Shown here piece after piece: positions 25,151-35,010 of a stretch of DNA of 64,000 nucleotides (within the stretch, counting starts at the first letter, position 1; the number at the start of each line of letters is the position of its first letter). The DNA comes from an uncultured bacterium. Lineage in GTDB: Bacteria > Verrucomicrobiota > Kiritimatiellia > RFP12 > UBA1067. The position numbers were made by a program, and so were the translations under genes. The notes beneath the pieces are model-generated. The model was not told the origin of the DNA and did not search any database. It worked only from the letters and a program-made list of their open reading frames with translations. The stretch lies in assembly GCA_902779565.1 (NCBI GenBank), contig CACZCD010000002.1:1128-65127 (forward strand), given 5' to 3'.

Positions 25151-26541
25151 ATCTTGCGGCGCTGAAGCCCGCGCTCCGCGAGACGGTGCTGTCGATCGCC
25201 GAGCTGGCCCGGTCGGCGGGGGGGCGCGCCCTGATGGTTGGTGGGGCCGTGCGTGATCTCCTTTCGGGCGTGGAGAGCGTGAAGGACGTGGACGTCGAGG
25301 TGTTCGGTCTTGAGCCCGCGCGGCTGCAGGAGATTCTGGCGTCTCGGTTCGCGTTCGATCCTTGCGGCGTCTCCTTCGGCGTTCTCAAGATCAAGCATGT
25401 AGATGTGGATGTGTCGCTCCCGCGCCGTGAATCGAAACGCGGCATCGGACACAGGGGATTTCTCGTGGATGCTGATCCGAATCTCACCATCCGCGAGGCG
25501 GCGAGCCGCCGCGACTTCACCGTCAACGCGCTCTACTACGATCCGTTGGCGAAACAGCTCGAAGATCCGTATGGCGGCGTGGCGGATTTGCAGAACCGCG
25601 TGCTGCGCCATGTCTCGGAGAAGTTCGTGGAGGATCCGCTCCGCGTGCTGCGCGGCATGCAGTTCGTCGCCCGTTTCGGTCTCGAGCCGGCGCCCGAGAC
25701 GGTGCAACTCTGCCGGACGATCACCATTGAGGACCTTCCGCCGGAGCGTCTTTTCGAGGAATGGGCGAAACTGCTCCGGAAAGGTGTTCAGATCGGACGG
25801 GGGCTTGCGTTCCTGCGTGAGACGGGCTGGGTACGCTACTTCCCGGAACTGCAGGCGCTCATCGGTTGCCGCCAGGATCCGAAGTGGCATCCGGAAGGGG
25901 ATGTGTGGAACCACACCTGTCTCTGTCTCGATGCCTTTGCGCGACATCGGGTAGGCGATCCTGACGAAGACCTTGTGGTGGGGCTTGCAGTGCTGTGCCA
26001 CGATTTCGGGAAGCCAGCGACCACGCGCTTCGAGAGAGGTCACCTCCGTTCGCTTGGGCATGATGAGGCGGGCGTGGCCCCCACGCGTGCGTTTCTGCGT
26101 CGTCTCACGAACGAAGAGCGCCTCTTGCATGAAGTGCCGCCGCTTGTGCAATGCCACATGCAGCCGTTCGCACTTTGGCGGTCGAAGGCAGGGGATAGCG
26201 CCATCCGGCGGCTCGCGCTGAAGGTCGTGCGCATTGATCGTCTTCTACGCGTGGCACAGGCGGATGACGAGGGGCGTCTGCCTGAAATGCTGGATGACGC
26301 GTCTGATGGTAAAGATCTCGCTTGGCTGGCGGAACGCGCCGAACAACTGCGCATCGCCGCCACTGCCCCTAAGCCGATTCTCATGGGCCGTCATCTCATC
26401 GCCCTGGGCTACAAGCCATCGGGGAAGTTCGGGGAATGGCTCGCCGCCGTTTTCGAGGCGCAGCTCGACGGTGCTTTCTCCGACCTTGACGGAGCCATCG
26501 CTTATTTCAAGAGCCACTTCCAACAAGGAGATTTGGTATAA
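25129..26541 (+). CDS. cca: CCA-adding tRNA nucleotidyltransferase with HD domain
   Basis: Pol-beta NTase motif GGAVRDLLSG...DVDVEV; RRDFTVNAL; HD motif (LAVLCHDFGK). Confidence 0.8.
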   Translation: MPLQGELNLAALKPALRETVLSIAELARSAGGRALMVGGAVRDLLSGVESVKDVDVEVFGLEPARLQEILASRFAFDPCGVSFGVLKIKHVDVDVSLPRRESKRGIGHRGFLVDADPNLTIREAASRRDFTVNALYYDPLAKQLEDPYGGVADLQNRVLRHVSEKFVEDPLRVLRGMQFVARFGLEPAPETVQLCRTITIEDLPPERLFEEWAKLLRKGVQIGRGLAFLRETGWVRYFPELQALIGCRQDPKWHPEGDVWNHTCLCLDAFARHRVGDPDEDLVVGLAVLCHDFGKPATTRFERGHLRSLGHDEAGVAPTRAFLRRLTNEERLLHEVPPLVQCHMQPFALWRSKAGDSAIRRLALKVVRIDRLLRVAQADDEGRLPEMLDDASDGKDLAWLAERAEQLRIAATAPKPILMGRHLIALGYKPSGKFGEWLAAVFEAQLDGAFSDLDGAIAYFKSHFQQGDLV

Positions 26542-26623
26542 TATGTGGCGAAGGGCGGATAGGGCATTCTGCAAGGGTAGGCGTGCGCTGTTTCGCTTAG
26601 ATCAGAAAAGAGGGTTGAACGAT

Positions 26624-27802
26624 ATGGATAACTTTGAATTCTTTTCCCCGACGCGGTTTGTGTTCGGGCGTGGTGCGGAGAGCCGGACCGGCGAGCTGGT
26701 GCGGAAGTACGGCGGCACAAAGGTGCTGCTGCATTTTGGCGGCGGCAGCGTGAAAGCGAATGGCGTGTATGACAAAGTTGTGGCGGCGCTGACGGCGGCG
26801 GATGTGGCGTATGTGCCGTTGGGCGGCGTCCAACCGAATCCGCGGAGCGGTCTGGTGCGCGAAGGGATTGCGCTCTGCCGCCGGGAGAAGGTCGATTTTG
26901 TTTTAGCTGTCGGTGGCGGCAGCGTGATTGACTCTGCGAAGGCGATTGCGTTCGGCACGCTCTATGACGGGGATTTTGCCGACTTCTATCATGGGAAGGA
27001 CGTGAAGCGTCCGACGCCCGTTCCGCGCGCCTTGCCGATCGGGACGGTGCTCACGATTGCGGCGGCCGGGAGCGAGGGTTCCGGCAACAGCGTGATCACT
27101 CTCGAACCGGGCGAGTTCAAGCGCGCGGCGACGGGCGATGCGCTTCGGCCGATGTTCTCCATCCTGAATCCGGAGTTCACCTTTACGCTTCCCGCGTACC
27201 AGACGGCCTGCGGGGCGACGGACATGTTCGCGCATGTGGTCGAGCGCTATTTCACGACAACGCGCGACGTGTGGGTTTCGGATGAGCTGTGCGAGGGGAT
27301 CATGCGCACGATCGTGACCGCCAGCCGCCGCGTGCTGGCCGCGCCGCAGGACTACGAGGCGCGCGCCAACCTGATGTGGGCCGGCACCCTGGCGCACAAC
27401 AACGTGTGCGGCGCGGGACGCGCGCAGGATTGGGCGAGCCATGGCATCGAGCATGAGCTTTCCGCGCTCTACGGCTGCGCGCACGGCGCGGGGTTGGCCG
27501 TCGTGATGCCCGCGTGGATGGCGTATGTGAAGGATGCGGATATTGGGCGCGTCGCGCAGTTTGCGGCGAAGGTGTTCGCGGTGCCGGAAGGGGATCCGGC
27601 GGCGATGGCGCAGGAGGGCATCGCGCGCTACCGCGCTTGGCTTCACGAGATTGGCATGCCAACGACCTTCGCCGAACTTGGCGCGAAGCGGGAGGACATC
27701 CCGGCGCTGGTCGCCAAGTTGGGGCTGAACGGCAACACGCTCGGCACGTTCATGAGTTTGACGGATGCGGACGTGATCAAGATTCTTGAATCCTGCTGCT
27801 GA
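26624..27802 (+). CDS. Iron-containing alcohol dehydrogenase (butanol dehydrogenase-like)
   Basis: Fe-ADH motifs GGGSVIDSAKAIA; metal-binding His cluster HGIEHELSALYGCAHGAGLAV. Confidence 0.85.
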   Translation: MDNFEFFSPTRFVFGRGAESRTGELVRKYGGTKVLLHFGGGSVKANGVYDKVVAALTAADVAYVPLGGVQPNPRSGLVREGIALCRREKVDFVLAVGGGSVIDSAKAIAFGTLYDGDFADFYHGKDVKRPTPVPRALPIGTVLTIAAAGSEGSGNSVITLEPGEFKRAATGDALRPMFSILNPEFTFTLPAYQTACGATDMFAHVVERYFTTTRDVWVSDELCEGIMRTIVTASRRVLAAPQDYEARANLMWAGTLAHNNVCGAGRAQDWASHGIEHELSALYGCAHGAGLAVVMPAWMAYVKDADIGRVAQFAAKVFAVPEGDPAAMAQEGIARYRAWLHEIGMPTTFAELGAKREDIPALVAKLGLNGNTLGTFMSLTDADVIKILESCC

Positions 27803-27839
27803 TCTGTTTGGCGAGGGCTTCGTGTCGGCACCGCGGATT

Positions 27840-27859
27840 TATGGTAGAATTCGCACCCC
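27840..27859 (+). promoter_or_regulatory. Promoter motif TATGGTAGAATTCGCACCCC
   Basis: Family member, 18 nt upstream of the hisH ATG (27877). Confidence 0.5.
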
Positions 27860-27876
27860 GTGTAGAAGGAGTCAGC

Positions 27877-28467
27877 ATGACAGCGATTGTCGATTACAGG
27901 GCCGGAAATCTCACGAGCGTGAAACTCGCGTTTGATGCGCTTGGCGTGGAGACGGTCGTCACGTCGGATCCGGCGGTTGTGCGCGCCGCGGAACGCGTCG
28001 TCTTTCCAGGCGTCGGCGCGGCGGCGAGCGCGATGGCGAACCTGCGCGACCTTGGACTCGTGGACGCCGTACGGCAGGCGGCGGGTTCGGGACGACCGTT
28101 CCTCGGGATTTGCCTCGGCATGCAGATTCTCTTCGAGCATTCCGAAGAGGATGGCGGCGTGGATCTGCTCGGAATCCTGCCCGGGAAGGTGCGTCGCTTC
28201 CCGGACGTGCCCGGCTTCAAGGTGCCGGAGATCGGCTGGAACGATGTGCAGGCCTCGGCGGACGGCGGACTGCTGAAGTCGGGCGAGGAATACTATTTCG
28301 TCCATTCCTACTATGCAGAGCTGACGCCGTTCACCGTGGGGCGCACGGAATATGCCGGCGTCACCTTCACGGCGGCGGTGCAGAAGGGCGGGCTTTTCGC
28401 CACGCAGTTCCATCCCGAAAAGTCGGGACGCGTGGGTCTCGACCTGCTCCGACGGTTTCTGGGTTGA
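27877..28467 (+). CDS. hisH: Imidazole glycerol phosphate synthase, glutamine amidotransferase subunit
   Basis: GATase class I: catalytic Cys in GICLGMQIL, HSY/H-E dyad region. Confidence 0.9.
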   Translation: MTAIVDYRAGNLTSVKLAFDALGVETVVTSDPAVVRAAERVVFPGVGAAASAMANLRDLGLVDAVRQAAGSGRPFLGICLGMQILFEHSEEDGGVDLLGILPGKVRRFPDVPGFKVPEIGWNDVQASADGGLLKSGEEYYFVHSYYAELTPFTVGRTEYAGVTFTAAVQKGGLFATQFHPEKSGRVGLDLLRRFLG

Positions 28468-28620
28468 AAGGTGGAAGAGTGGAAAGGTGGAAGAGTGGAA
28501 AGGTGGAAAGGTGGAAAAGTGGAAGAGTGGAAAGGTGGAAGAGTGGAAAGGTGGAATCGTGGCTAACTCAAAACTTTGAACTCTAAACTCTAAACTTTAA
28601 ACTGGAAACTCTAAACTCAA
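28466..28620. repeat. Two adjacent intergenic tandem-repeat blocks: 12 x GAARRGTG (8 bp), then ~7 x AAACTCTA-like (8 bp)
   Basis: Direct read of gaaaggtggaagagtggaaaggtgg... and aactctaaactctaaactttaaactggaaactctaaactc; fills the entire hisH-hisF spacer. Confidence 0.85.
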
Positions 28621-28631
28621 AGCTATCGTCT

Positions 28632-29408
28632 ATGCTGACAAAGAGAGTGATACCTTGCTTGGATGTGCGCGGTGGCCGCGTGACGAAGGGCGTGAAGTTC
28701 AAGAACAACATCGACCTTGGTGATCCCGTGGAGATGGCGGTGCGGTACTCCGAGGGCGGTGCGGACGAACTGGTGTTCTACGACATCACGGCTTCCGCAG
28801 AGGGGCGCCCCATCGACATCGGCATGGTTGCGGCGGTGGCGCGCGCCGTGCGCATCCCGTTCGCGGTCGGCGGTGGCATTTCCTCGCTCGCCGACATGGA
28901 GCGCGTGATTCTGGCGGGGGCGGAGAAGATTTCGGTGAACTCGCTCGCCGTGCGCACGCCCGCGATCATCTCCGACGGTGCGAAGGCGTTCGGGCGGCAG
29001 TGCGTGGTGTTGGGTATGGACCCCGTGAAAAGCGACAATCCGAAGTGCCCCTCCGGCTATGAGATCACCACGCGCGGATTCCGGGAGTTCACGGGTCTGG
29101 ACGCCGTGGAATGGGCGAAGCGCGCCGTCGATCTGGGGGCGGGCGAGATTGTGGTCAATTCGGTGGATGCCGACGGAACGCGCGCCGGCTTTGAGTTGAC
29201 GATCACGCGGCTCATCGCCGAGGCGGTCGGCGTGCCAGTCGTCGCTTCAGGTGGAGCCGGACGCCCGGAGCATCTCGTTTCGGTGTTCCGCGAGGCAAAG
29301 GCGGATGCGGCGATCGTCGCAGGCATGGTACACACGGGCGACTACACGATCGCCCAGATCAAGGACGCGATGGCGGCGGCCTCCCTCCCCGTGCGCAGGA
29401 GTTGGTAG
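28632..29408 (+). CDS. hisF: Imidazole glycerol phosphate synthase, cyclase subunit
   Basis: KRVIPCLDV...GADELVFYDITAS...GGGI (TIM-barrel HisF signature). Confidence 0.9.
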   Translation: MLTKRVIPCLDVRGGRVTKGVKFKNNIDLGDPVEMAVRYSEGGADELVFYDITASAEGRPIDIGMVAAVARAVRIPFAVGGGISSLADMERVILAGAEKISVNSLAVRTPAIISDGAKAFGRQCVVLGMDPVKSDNPKCPSGYEITTRGFREFTGLDAVEWAKRAVDLGAGEIVVNSVDADGTRAGFELTITRLIAEAVGVPVVASGGAGRPEHLVSVFREAKADAAIVAGMVHTGDYTIAQIKDAMAAASLPVRRSW

Positions 29409-29424
29409 GTTCCTACAAAAACTT

Positions 29425-31848
29425 ATGGTTATGAAGAGACTCATTTTATTGGCGGGTTCTTTCGCGTGCTTGACGGCTTCCTTCGCTGCTGCCATGTCCG
29501 CCCGCGACAGGGTTGTGTATCCGGAGGTGGGATCGGCCGAAGGGACCTCCTCCCAGGTTCTTGATTTCGCAGCGGCTCATCGTTACGGGCAGGGCTTCAC
29601 GCGCGATGGTGATGAGATTGAGTGCGACAACGGAGCGGATTCAAAGGTGATGCGCGGCGCGCAGTGGCGTGTCGATCTCGACCAGAAGGCGGCGATGCCG
29701 TTTACCGTTACGGCTGAGAGCAAGTCCTTCTCCGACGGCGGAAGTTTGGGCAGCAACTATTCGCTCTATCTTGACATTTCCTATCAGGATGGGACGAAGC
29801 TGTATGGTCAGCACGAGGCCTTCCTTTCTGATAGCCGCGCGGGGTGGCAGCGGAAAACCGTTGTGGTCTCCCCCGTAAAGCCGGTCAAGTCCTTCGCGTG
29901 TTTTCTGCTGTATCGCCATGTTGCCGGGAAGGTGAGGTTCCGCAGACCGAAGGTTTGCCGGTACGCAGGCTCGAAGTTCTGCCTCTATGATTCGTGCATT
30001 GTCGATTTGGGACGCTGCAGGAACATGGCAAGGCCGGGATTTCTGATACGCGACGCCGCCTCGCATCGGGGTTTCCTGTCAATCGAGAGTGGCGGCTGCG
30101 CGGAAAACGTCTGCCTTGAGGCGAGGGAGTCGCGGCTTGGCTCGGCCGCATCGCTTTTCGATGTTGTGGTGAGCGATCTTTCGGGTCAGGACAGGGCGGT
30201 CACCCTTGTGTATGCCGTTCCGATAGACGGCAATGCACCCCTCGTGTGGCACAATGATCCGCGTACATCGCAGGAACTGAGTCCCGACAAGGATACCCAA
30301 ATGCGTGAGACGGAGCGCTATGACATCGGCGAGGGGGGACTTTCGCGTTGGCCTTTTGGCGCGGTTACGTCGGGGCGGAGGGCCGAGGCGCTTGGAATAG
30401 ACGGTTCGGCGCCTGCGTTTTTTCGGGTGACCGCCCATGCGCCGCTTCGTCAGATTTTCATCTCGTTTGATCTTGGCCTTACGCGGGAAAAGAAGTCGGC
30501 GCATTTCCGTTTCGTGCGATTCGCCTTTCCGGCGAGGCATGGTTTCCGTGGTGCCTTTGCATCCTATCAGGCCCTCTTCCCTGAAATGTTCAAGGTGCGG
30601 ATCCGGGAGCATGGGCTGTGGATGCCGTTCAGGCGGATCAGTACCGTGGAGGGATGGGAAGACTTCGGCTTTAAGGTCAAGGAGGGCGACAACGAGACCG
30701 AATGGGACGATGCCCATGGGATTCTTACCTTCCATTACACCGAGCCCTCAACGTGGTGGATGACCATGCCGAAGGATCTTGCATCCTACAGTTTCGAGGA
30801 TGGTCTGCGGGAGGCACGCCGCCGATCCGAGGCCGGCGACACTTCGGCTTTGGCCTGGCAGCGATCCGCATTCCGTGACGAGGCGGGACGTGTGGTAGGA
30901 TCTGTGCAGGATACGCCATGGTGCAGGGGCATGGTGTGGAACCTGTGCCCGTTGCCGGGAATCAAAGGCGGCAACTTCGAGAACAATTTCCATCGCAAGA
31001 GCTGGAATCTGCGCTATGCCGGGAAGTCGTTCCCAAAGGGAGTCGATGGCGAGTACATCGACTCCGCCGAAGGGTATCTCACGGCGAACATGGATTTCGA
31101 CAGAGGGCATTTCGCCTGCTCAAAGACGCCCCTCGTGTATGCAAGGGTATCCAAGCGGCCAGGGCTTGCAAAGCCGCTGATGATGTACGAGTATGTGAGA
31201 GAGACCTCAGACCGCTGCCATGCGATGGGACGGCTTCTCATGGGAAATGCAATCCCTGTGCGGTGGCCATGGCTCGTGATGTATAGCGACTATTCGGGGC
31301 AGGAGATCAACTGGATCGACAGGAAAACCGGAGCCTGGAAGCCTGCCGACGAAAGCGTTCTTCTCTATCGCCGGGCGATGAGTGGCGCGAAACCCTACTG
31401 TTTCCTGATGAATACGGATTTCGACAGGTTTTCCTCGGAAATGGTGGAGAAGTATATGCAGCGCACGCTGGCATACGGGATCTTCCCGGGTTTCTTCAGC
31501 CCCAACGCCTCGCGTGGACATTACTTCTCCCGTCCGGATCTGTACAACAGGGACAGACCCCTTTTCAAGAAGTACGTTCCGCTCTGCAGGATGATATCCG
31601 AGGCGGGATGGCGGCCTGTGAACGAGTTCCTCTCGTCCGACAACCCCGACATCACCGTGGAGCAGTTTGGGGATCGGTTCGTTACCGTCTTCAACGGGAG
31701 TGGCACGCCACAGACCGTGCGGCTGAAAGCCGCCGCAGGGAAAGTCCGCGCACGCGAACATGTCGCCGGGCAGGACTGGCGCTTCACCGATGGAGGACTT
31801 TCGGTTGTCATACCTCCGGAGACCGTTCGGTTGCTTGAATTCCAATGA
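29425..31848 (+). CDS. Secreted DUF4091-like (putative glycoside-hydrolase-like) protein, paralog 1
   Basis: Signal peptide; N-terminal domain shares a motif with the 35010 gene (Y-LD-I/V-Y-DG...GW-R-T...PVKPVK); ~807 aa. Confidence 0.45.
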   Translation: MVMKRLILLAGSFACLTASFAAAMSARDRVVYPEVGSAEGTSSQVLDFAAAHRYGQGFTRDGDEIECDNGADSKVMRGAQWRVDLDQKAAMPFTVTAESKSFSDGGSLGSNYSLYLDISYQDGTKLYGQHEAFLSDSRAGWQRKTVVVSPVKPVKSFACFLLYRHVAGKVRFRRPKVCRYAGSKFCLYDSCIVDLGRCRNMARPGFLIRDAASHRGFLSIESGGCAENVCLEARESRLGSAASLFDVVVSDLSGQDRAVTLVYAVPIDGNAPLVWHNDPRTSQELSPDKDTQMRETERYDIGEGGLSRWPFGAVTSGRRAEALGIDGSAPAFFRVTAHAPLRQIFISFDLGLTREKKSAHFRFVRFAFPARHGFRGAFASYQALFPEMFKVRIREHGLWMPFRRISTVEGWEDFGFKVKEGDNETEWDDAHGILTFHYTEPSTWWMTMPKDLASYSFEDGLREARRRSEAGDTSALAWQRSAFRDEAGRVVGSVQDTPWCRGMVWNLCPLPGIKGGNFENNFHRKSWNLRYAGKSFPKGVDGEYIDSAEGYLTANMDFDRGHFACSKTPLVYARVSKRPGLAKPLMMYEYVRETSDRCHAMGRLLMGNAIPVRWPWLVMYSDYSGQEINWIDRKTGAWKPADESVLLYRRAMSGAKPYCFLMNTDFDRFSSEMVEKYMQRTLAYGIFPGFFSPNASRGHYFSRPDLYNRDRPLFKKYVPLCRMISEAGWRPVNEFLSSDNPDITVEQFGDRFVTVFNGSGTPQTVRLKAAAGKVRAREHVAGQDWRFTDGGLSVVIPPETVRLLEFQ

Positions 31849-31911
31849 TTTTTTGTTTGAAAACGACCCGTGCATTTGATAACATACCAATATTTGTTTT
31901 GAAAGGGATGG

Positions 31912-34900
31912 ATGAAAATGGCTAAAAAACTTTTTACCGTTACTGCCGTATTGACGTGTGCACTTGCTGCAAATGCCGAGATTTTCTTCTGGAGGGGCGG
32001 GGATTCCAGTTTCGTCCGTTTTGATGATCCCGCAAACTGGGATGTTGGCAGCGATGGCGGCGGGAACGCTGGGAGTCTTGTTCCCGGCGCTGGCGATGAG
32101 ATATTCGGTGCACGTGCCGCCAGGTGGGATTTGGGCGGTGCCCCCCAAGCAGTCGGGATATGGGATTCCGAAAAGAACGTATCGGGTGGCTCGGATTGGA
32201 CTCGGTATTACATCTATCTTACCAACGGTACGTTTACGGTGAATCGCCGTGTTTCCCACAGCGATACCATCCATGTGTACGCGGATACCTCTCTCATCTT
32301 CCCGGCAGGATCAACCTACATCCCGTCGCAGAGCACGGGGGCCGCAGAACAGCTCTACGTGGAGGCATTGGGCCGGCTTGAGATAAAGGGGGCCTTCTCG
32401 CCCTACCGAATCCAGCTCAATACGCAGCGCTATGGTTACACCTTGATCGATCCTTCCTCATTCTCGATCGCGAGCGGCGCGGCGCAGGCCAACACGTTTT
32501 CCATCGCCGGCACGAACGAGTTCCCCCATGGTCTCGTGTGGGCGGGCGGCGGCTCTGCCGCCTGCAGTCTCGATATGACGATCCTCTGGTCAGGTCGCAT
32601 GATCGCCGCAGGCGACTTCAGCCGAAACGGCAAGCCCGGCACGTTCACCCTCACCCTTTCGGGCGGCGGCAGCAAGATCGAGACATGTGGCGATCTGTCG
32701 TTCTCCGGCGTGGACGAGTGCAAGGTGACGCACTATGCCGAATTCACGGCCAACGCGGGGCACACGCTCGACATCTCCAACTTTCAGTTCTACGAAGAGG
32801 GCAACACGTCGTACAAGCTCGGCAGCGGCGTTCTGGCCATCGGGGCGTCGCTTCCTCCCGCCCTGCAGGTGAACGCCGGCACGATCGCCGTGAAGGTGGC
32901 GAGAAGCGATCTTGCGGGCGTCACCTTCGCTGCAAACGGGATAACCGTGCGGTTCGACGTGCCGGGATGCCGGCTCGATGGCCTCGCGAACGATTCGCAG
33001 CTTTCGCGCGTCACGTTCGTGAGCGGCATGAATCTATCGGGCATGGCGTCTGGCGCAACGCTGTTCTCGTCCGCGAACGAAACGATACTGGCCGCGATGA
33101 AGGCGAGTCTTGAAAGCGGGGTGCCCGAAGGTTTTTCGATAAAGCAGCGCGACGACAGCCTTCTGCTGATCGACAACTCGGAGATCGTCTTCGACGCCTC
33201 ATTGCACAGTGACCTCTCCAGCGCGGAAGCCTGGGGCGGAGAGGTTCCTGTGGGTCAGGCGATCACGATCAGCGGAGAGGGGACGGTGCCGTTCAGCGCC
33301 TCCTCCCCGGTGTTCTCGAAAATCATCCTGACCGGTGGCGCCACGCTTGCGATCACCGGTGGTACGGACGAAAGCCCCGTCACGCCGCCGCCGCTTGCGA
33401 TGTCGTATGCGGCAAAGGTCGTTTGTGCGGAGAATTCGCGCGTGCGGCTCACGAACGAGCTGGAGTGCATCGCAACCCCTGTGGCCTTGCCGGTGTTCGA
33501 GGTGGCCACCAACGCCGTGCTGTACGCCGAGGCTCCGGCGCACGAGACGCGCGGCTTCACTTTCAAGAACCTCAGGCTCAACTTTTTCGGAACGATCAAC
33601 CTGCCGGATGCCGTGAACCACTCAACGCCGTGCCTTACGCTCGGCACGGCGGCGGCGGACGAAACGGCCTATTTCGGGCTGGATGTGGATGGCGGAACGC
33701 TGAACGTCACAAACCGGATTTCCGCGTGGCAAGGCAACTTGTCGCTGATCAGGATCATGTGCCCGGAAGAGGGCGGGGCCGTGTACCCGGTGGGGGAATT
33801 CAAGTGGCGCAATTTCGTCAAGGCGCCGGAGTCTGCCGTCATTGGCTCCACGGAGATCGTGGCCAACAGCGGCTATCAGATCGGCGTCAACAATCCCCCG
33901 GCCATCCCGTTTACGCTCAACGTCTCCGGTACGCCTATCGGGCTGAACGGCACGTCAACGTTTGCCGGCGGCGCGAACATCATCTGCACCGGCGCGGATT
34001 CCGGCCTCGTCAAGAGCGACACGTTCATCAACTACACGCTCACACAATATGTGACGGTTACGGGCGCCGCCAAGATCACGCTGCGGGATGGCGCGCGCTT
34101 CTCCAATGCCTTTGTCGTTGGAAGTAAGGGCATGGTGTATTTCACGCCTACGGATAGCGGGCACGTTTCGCTTGAGATCGACGGCGGTCGCACGGAGTTC
34201 TACCAGCTTCCGGCAGGTGGTACCCGCACGGCGAAAGTTCTGGTGCATGACGGGTGCTATGATGTGGGACGACTTATTCCTGAGAGCACCACCGCGCCGG
34301 AGGGTGGCTGGAAGGGTGCTGCGTACAGCCCGGTGTTCAACTGGTTTGCGCAGATCGAGGTGAGCGGGCTCCTGCAGATACGGGCCACGGATGCCTTCAA
34401 CCGGCCCAGCTGGTGGCATTTCGACGGATACTGGGACCACGCGATTGCGCAGACCGATATGCCGTTTACCGGTTCCGGATCCCTTCTTGTTACGAACACC
34501 ACCCAAAACAACTCGATGACGTTCACCCTCGTGAACCGCGGGAATAAAATGACGGGTACGATTGCCGCCGCTCCTGGCACGCGGTCCACGCTGCTTTTCA
34601 AGGACGACTGCCGGTGGAGCGGCACCGTGGTCGCCAACGGCTGTGCCAGATGCGTGAACACCGATCCTGCCACCGGTGCGGAACGGCCGGCGTATGTAAG
34701 GTTCAATGACATGCGTCTTGAGGATGAGTTCCCGATACGCCTGTGGCGCAGCGGGAATGTCGTCACGAACGACTTCATAGAGTTCTCCGGCGTCTGCACG
34801 GGTGCCGGCGGCGCTTTTGTCGGCGAGCCGATGGAGGGTCTCGAGCTTAATTCCGGCGACAGCTTCAGGTTCGCCACCTATCCGGCGGGCGCACCCCTAC

Positions 34901-35010
34901 CGGTTAACGAATCGAGGAAGTGGCGGATTTCGTCGGTTCCTGTTGACGGCAGCACGGTGGCGCTGATGCTCACCTATCAGTTGCCGGGTGTCAAGATCAT
35001 TCTTCGCTGA
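31912..35010 (+). CDS. Giant secreted protein (1032 aa), probably beta-helix/adhesin-like; hypothetical
   Basis: Signal peptide MKMAKKLFTVTAVLTCALAANA; Gly/Thr/Ser/Asn-rich repetitive beta-strand-like sequence. Confidence 0.45.
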   Translation: MKMAKKLFTVTAVLTCALAANAEIFFWRGGDSSFVRFDDPANWDVGSDGGGNAGSLVPGAGDEIFGARAARWDLGGAPQAVGIWDSEKNVSGGSDWTRYYIYLTNGTFTVNRRVSHSDTIHVYADTSLIFPAGSTYIPSQSTGAAEQLYVEALGRLEIKGAFSPYRIQLNTQRYGYTLIDPSSFSIASGAAQANTFSIAGTNEFPHGLVWAGGGSAACSLDMTILWSGRMIAAGDFSRNGKPGTFTLTLSGGGSKIETCGDLSFSGVDECKVTHYAEFTANAGHTLDISNFQFYEEGNTSYKLGSGVLAIGASLPPALQVNAGTIAVKVARSDLAGVTFAANGITVRFDVPGCRLDGLANDSQLSRVTFVSGMNLSGMASGATLFSSANETILAAMKASLESGVPEGFSIKQRDDSLLLIDNSEIVFDASLHSDLSSAEAWGGEVPVGQAITISGEGTVPFSASSPVFSKIILTGGATLAITGGTDESPVTPPPLAMSYAAKVVCAENSRVRLTNELECIATPVALPVFEVATNAVLYAEAPAHETRGFTFKNLRLNFFGTINLPDAVNHSTPCLTLGTAAADETAYFGLDVDGGTLNVTNRISAWQGNLSLIRIMCPEEGGAVYPVGEFKWRNFVKAPESAVIGSTEIVANSGYQIGVNNPPAIPFTLNVSGTPIGLNGTSTFAGGANIICTGADSGLVKSDTFINYTLTQYVTVTGAAKITLRDGARFSNAFVVGSKGMVYFTPTDSGHVSLEIDGGRTEFYQLPAGGTRTAKVLVHDGCYDVGRLIPESTTAPEGGWKGAAYSPVFNWFAQIEVSGLLQIRATDAFNRPSWWHFDGYWDHAIAQTDMPFTGSGSLLVTNTTQNNSMTFTLVNRGNKMTGTIAAAPGTRSTLLFKDDCRWSGTVVANGCARCVNTDPATGAERPAYVRFNDMRLEDEFPIRLWRSGNVVTNDFIEFSGVCTGAGGAFVGEPMEGLELNSGDSFRFATYPAGAPLPVNESRKWRISSVPVDGSTVALMLTYQLPGVKIILR

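Noticed and set aside
24835-26157. 440-aa minus-strand ORF
   Set aside because: Antisense to cca (clear NTase/HD motifs on the + strand).
28110-28586. ORFs translating the tandem repeats as WKSGKVE… peptides
   Set aside because: These are read-throughs of the 8-bp intergenic tandem repeats between hisH and hisF. Their periodicity reflects the DNA repeat, not protein constraint, and both flanking genes are complete without them.
28466-28620. Possible CRISPR array
   Set aside because: The units are 8 bp with no unique spacers, so this is a simple tandem repeat. No cas genes are in the window.
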